A stretch of 64,000 nt of DNA. Origin: an uncultured Candidatus Rokubacteria bacterium (GTDB taxonomy: Bacteria > Methylomirabilota > Methylomirabilia > Rokubacteriales > CSP1-6). Positions 62,040 to 64,000 of this stretch are shown in pieces. The position numbers were made by a program, and so were the translations under genes. Under the pieces are notes generated by a model, which saw nothing but the letters and a program-made list of their open reading frames with translations, was not told the origin of the DNA and searched no databases. The stretch is taken from NCBI GenBank assembly GCA_963771355.1, contig CAVYTA010000007.1:288001-352000 (forward strand), given 5' to 3'. The number at the start of each line of letters is the position of its first letter. Positions within the stretch are counted from its first letter, which is position 1.

Positions 62040-63743
62040 GTGAGCATCCCGTACCGCCGAGAGCCCGTCCCGATCGACTTGCCCGCCGAGCCCGCGGTCC
62101 GGCTGATCCCGCTCGGGGGGCTGGGGGAAATCGGGCTGAACATGATGCTGGTCGAGTCCGGCGACGACATCGTGGCGGTGGACTGCGGCCTGCTCTTTCC
62201 CGACGACGAGATGCCCGGAGTGGACTACGTCATTCCCGACTTCACCTATCTCCACGAGCATCGCGAGGCCTTCCGCGGGGTGGTGCTGACCCACGGGCAC
62301 GAGGACCACATCGGTGCGCTCTCGTACCTCCTGCGCGACTTCGACGTGCCCGTGTACGGGACGCCGCTGACCCTGGCCATCGCGCGGCACCGGCTCGCGG
62401 AGCACGGGCTCCTCGACCGCGCGGACCTGCGCCCCTACCGGCCGGGGGACACGATCACCCTCGGCTGCTTCCAGATCGTTCCCATCCGGGTGACGCACTC
62501 CATCGCCGACGGCATCGGGCTGGCCATCGAAACCCCCGCCGGCACCGTGGTCCACACGGGCGACTTCAAGCTCGACCCGGATCCCGTGGACCATCAGCAG
62601 CCCGACTACGCGCAGTTCGCCGCGCTGGGCGACCGCGGGGTGCTCTGCCTCTGCTCGGACTCCACCAACGTGGGGCGCCCGGGGCGCACGGGCTCGGAGA
62701 CCGAGGTGGGCGCCGCGCTGCGCGGGCGCTTCGACGCGGCCACCGGGCGCATCATCGTGGCCACCTTCGCCTCGCACATCCACCGCATCCAGCAGGTGCT
62801 GGATCTCACGGCCGCGTGCTCCCGCAAGATCGGGCTGCTCGGGCGCAGCATGGCGGCGAATGTGGCGGTGGCGGCGGAGCTGGGCTATCTCCACCTGCCG
62901 GAGGGCGTGCTGCTGCCGCTGGAGGAGCTGGCCGACTTGCCCGCCGACCACCAGGTGATCCTGTCCACCGGCAGCCAGGGCGAGCAGAACTCCGCGCTGT
63001 CGCTGATGGCGGCCGGTGAGCACCGGCACTTCACGGTCGGCGCGGGGGACCTCGTCATCTTCTCCTCGCGGGTGATCCCCGGCAACGAGCGGGTGATCGG
63101 CCGGCTCATCAATGCGCTCCTGCGGCGCGGCGCCGAGGTGCTGTGGGAGGACGTGGCCTTCGTGCACGTCTCCGGCCACGCGAGCCAGGAGGATCTCAAG
63201 CACATGCTTGCCCTGACCCGGCCGCGGTACTTCATGCCCGTCCACGGCGAGTATCGTCACCTCCTCCAGCACGCGCGGCTGGCCACGGAGGCGGGCGTGC
63301 CGGCGGACCGGGTGTTCCTGGTGGAGGACGGGGTCGGCCTCGAGCTGACCAAGTCGGGCGCGCGCGTGCTCGGTCCCTATCCGGCGGGGCGGGTGTTCGT
63401 GGACGGCAAAGGCATCGGCGACGTGGGCTCGGTGGTGCTGCGCGACCGCCAGATCCTCGCCGAGGCGGGGATGGTGGTGGTGGCGCTCACCATCGACAAG
63501 GCCACCGGCACCATCGTGGCGGGCCCCGAGATCGCCTCGCGCGGATTCGTCTACATGAAGGAGTCGGATGACCTCATGGACGAGGTGAAGGAAGCGGTCC
63601 GCGAGGCGATGGCCTATCGCGAGGATCCGGAGGTCCTGGACCGCGAGCTGTTCGGCGCGCGGGTGCGCAGCGCGGTGCGCCGCTTCATCAACCAGCGCTT
63701 CCAGCGCAAGCCCATCGTGATTCCCGTGATCCTGGAAGTCTGA
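62040..63743 (+). CDS. rnj: Ribonuclease J
   Basis: PLGGLGEIGLNM, THGHEDHIG, HTGDFK, DSTN, HVSGH, PVHGE. Confidence 0.95.
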   Translation: MSIPYRREPVPIDLPAEPAVRLIPLGGLGEIGLNMMLVESGDDIVAVDCGLLFPDDEMPGVDYVIPDFTYLHEHREAFRGVVLTHGHEDHIGALSYLLRDFDVPVYGTPLTLAIARHRLAEHGLLDRADLRPYRPGDTITLGCFQIVPIRVTHSIADGIGLAIETPAGTVVHTGDFKLDPDPVDHQQPDYAQFAALGDRGVLCLCSDSTNVGRPGRTGSETEVGAALRGRFDAATGRIIVATFASHIHRIQQVLDLTAACSRKIGLLGRSMAANVAVAAELGYLHLPEGVLLPLEELADLPADHQVILSTGSQGEQNSALSLMAAGEHRHFTVGAGDLVIFSSRVIPGNERVIGRLINALLRRGAEVLWEDVAFVHVSGHASQEDLKHMLALTRPRYFMPVHGEYRHLLQHARLATEAGVPADRVFLVEDGVGLELTKSGARVLGPYPAGRVFVDGKGIGDVGSVVLRDRQILAEAGMVVVALTIDKATGTIVAGPEIASRGFVYMKESDDLMDEVKEAVREAMAYREDPEVLDRELFGARVRSAVRRFINQRFQRKPIVIPVILEV

Positions 63744-63758
63744 GGCGAGGGAGGTCCC

Positions 63759-64000
63759 ATGGCGGCGGGCAAGATCGTGGACGCGGGCGAAGCAACCGGG
63801 CGGCCGGCGGGGCCGGGAAGCGCGCGGCGCCGCCGCGCCCGCGCGCGCCGGCCCGGTGGCGACGGACGCTGGGTGCGCGAGGTCAAGGGCATCCTGGCCC
63901 TGGCGCTGGCGGGATTCGGGCTGGTGGCGCTCTACGCCTTCGATCCCACCCGGCATCCACTTGACCAGTCGAGCCCGGTGGGGCCGGTGGGGCTCTGGCT
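63759..64000 (+). CDS. ftsK: Probable DNA translocase FtsK, N-terminal 4TM region (partial)
   Basis: GGAGG RBS; basic N-terminus, then REVKGILALALAGFGLVALYAFDP...GPVG; follows rnj. Confidence 0.6.
   Translation, partial: MAAGKIVDAGEATGRPAGPGSARRRRARARRPGGDGRWVREVKGILALALAGFGLVALYAFDPTRHPLDQSSPVGPVGLW

Noticed and set aside
60210..63956. 1248 aa minus-strand ORF
   Set aside because: The real SBP starts at 61898 with a Tat signal; the extension is the antisense shadow of rnj

Overview
High-GC bacterial chromosomal segment. An LptD homologue and a secretin indicate a diderm; gene content and order resemble Candidatus Rokubacteria/Methylomirabilota or a deltaproteobacterium-like lineage (inference only). 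The first ~25 kb is a type IV pilus island: a Ser/Thr-rich major pilin behind a sigma-54 promoter, two convergent TMTC-like (GT-C plus TPR) glycosyltransferases, a receiver protein, a frameshifted CHASE2 adenylate cyclase, a sigma-54-driven PEP-CTERM gene, three minor pilins (one a ~700 aa Cys-paired PilX), pilMNO/PQ, ExeA-like and TPR genes, pilB, pilC and pilS/pilR. A long co-oriented run follows: galU, pncB, trpCFBA, accD, folC, lptD, a DegT aminotransferase, a mycobacterial-type D-arabinofuranose donor cassette (UbiA-type phosphoribosyltransferase and an in-frame DprE1-DprE2 fusion joined by a 34-bp direct-repeat linker), gltX, a phosphatase, a Na/Pi symporter, glgA, glnB, glnE, polA with a LAGLIDADG intein, coaE, rsmA and an Ntn acylase. 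The window ends with a minus-strand peptide ABC/redoxin/kinase block, rnj and the start of ftsK. The best candidate for an undescribed system is pilin O-glycosylation by TMTC-like enzymes, possibly using a polyprenyl-phospho-arabinose donor. Several indels (cyclase, pilO/P, intein, dppB) look like long-read errors, so all fusions and frameshifts need read-level confirmation.
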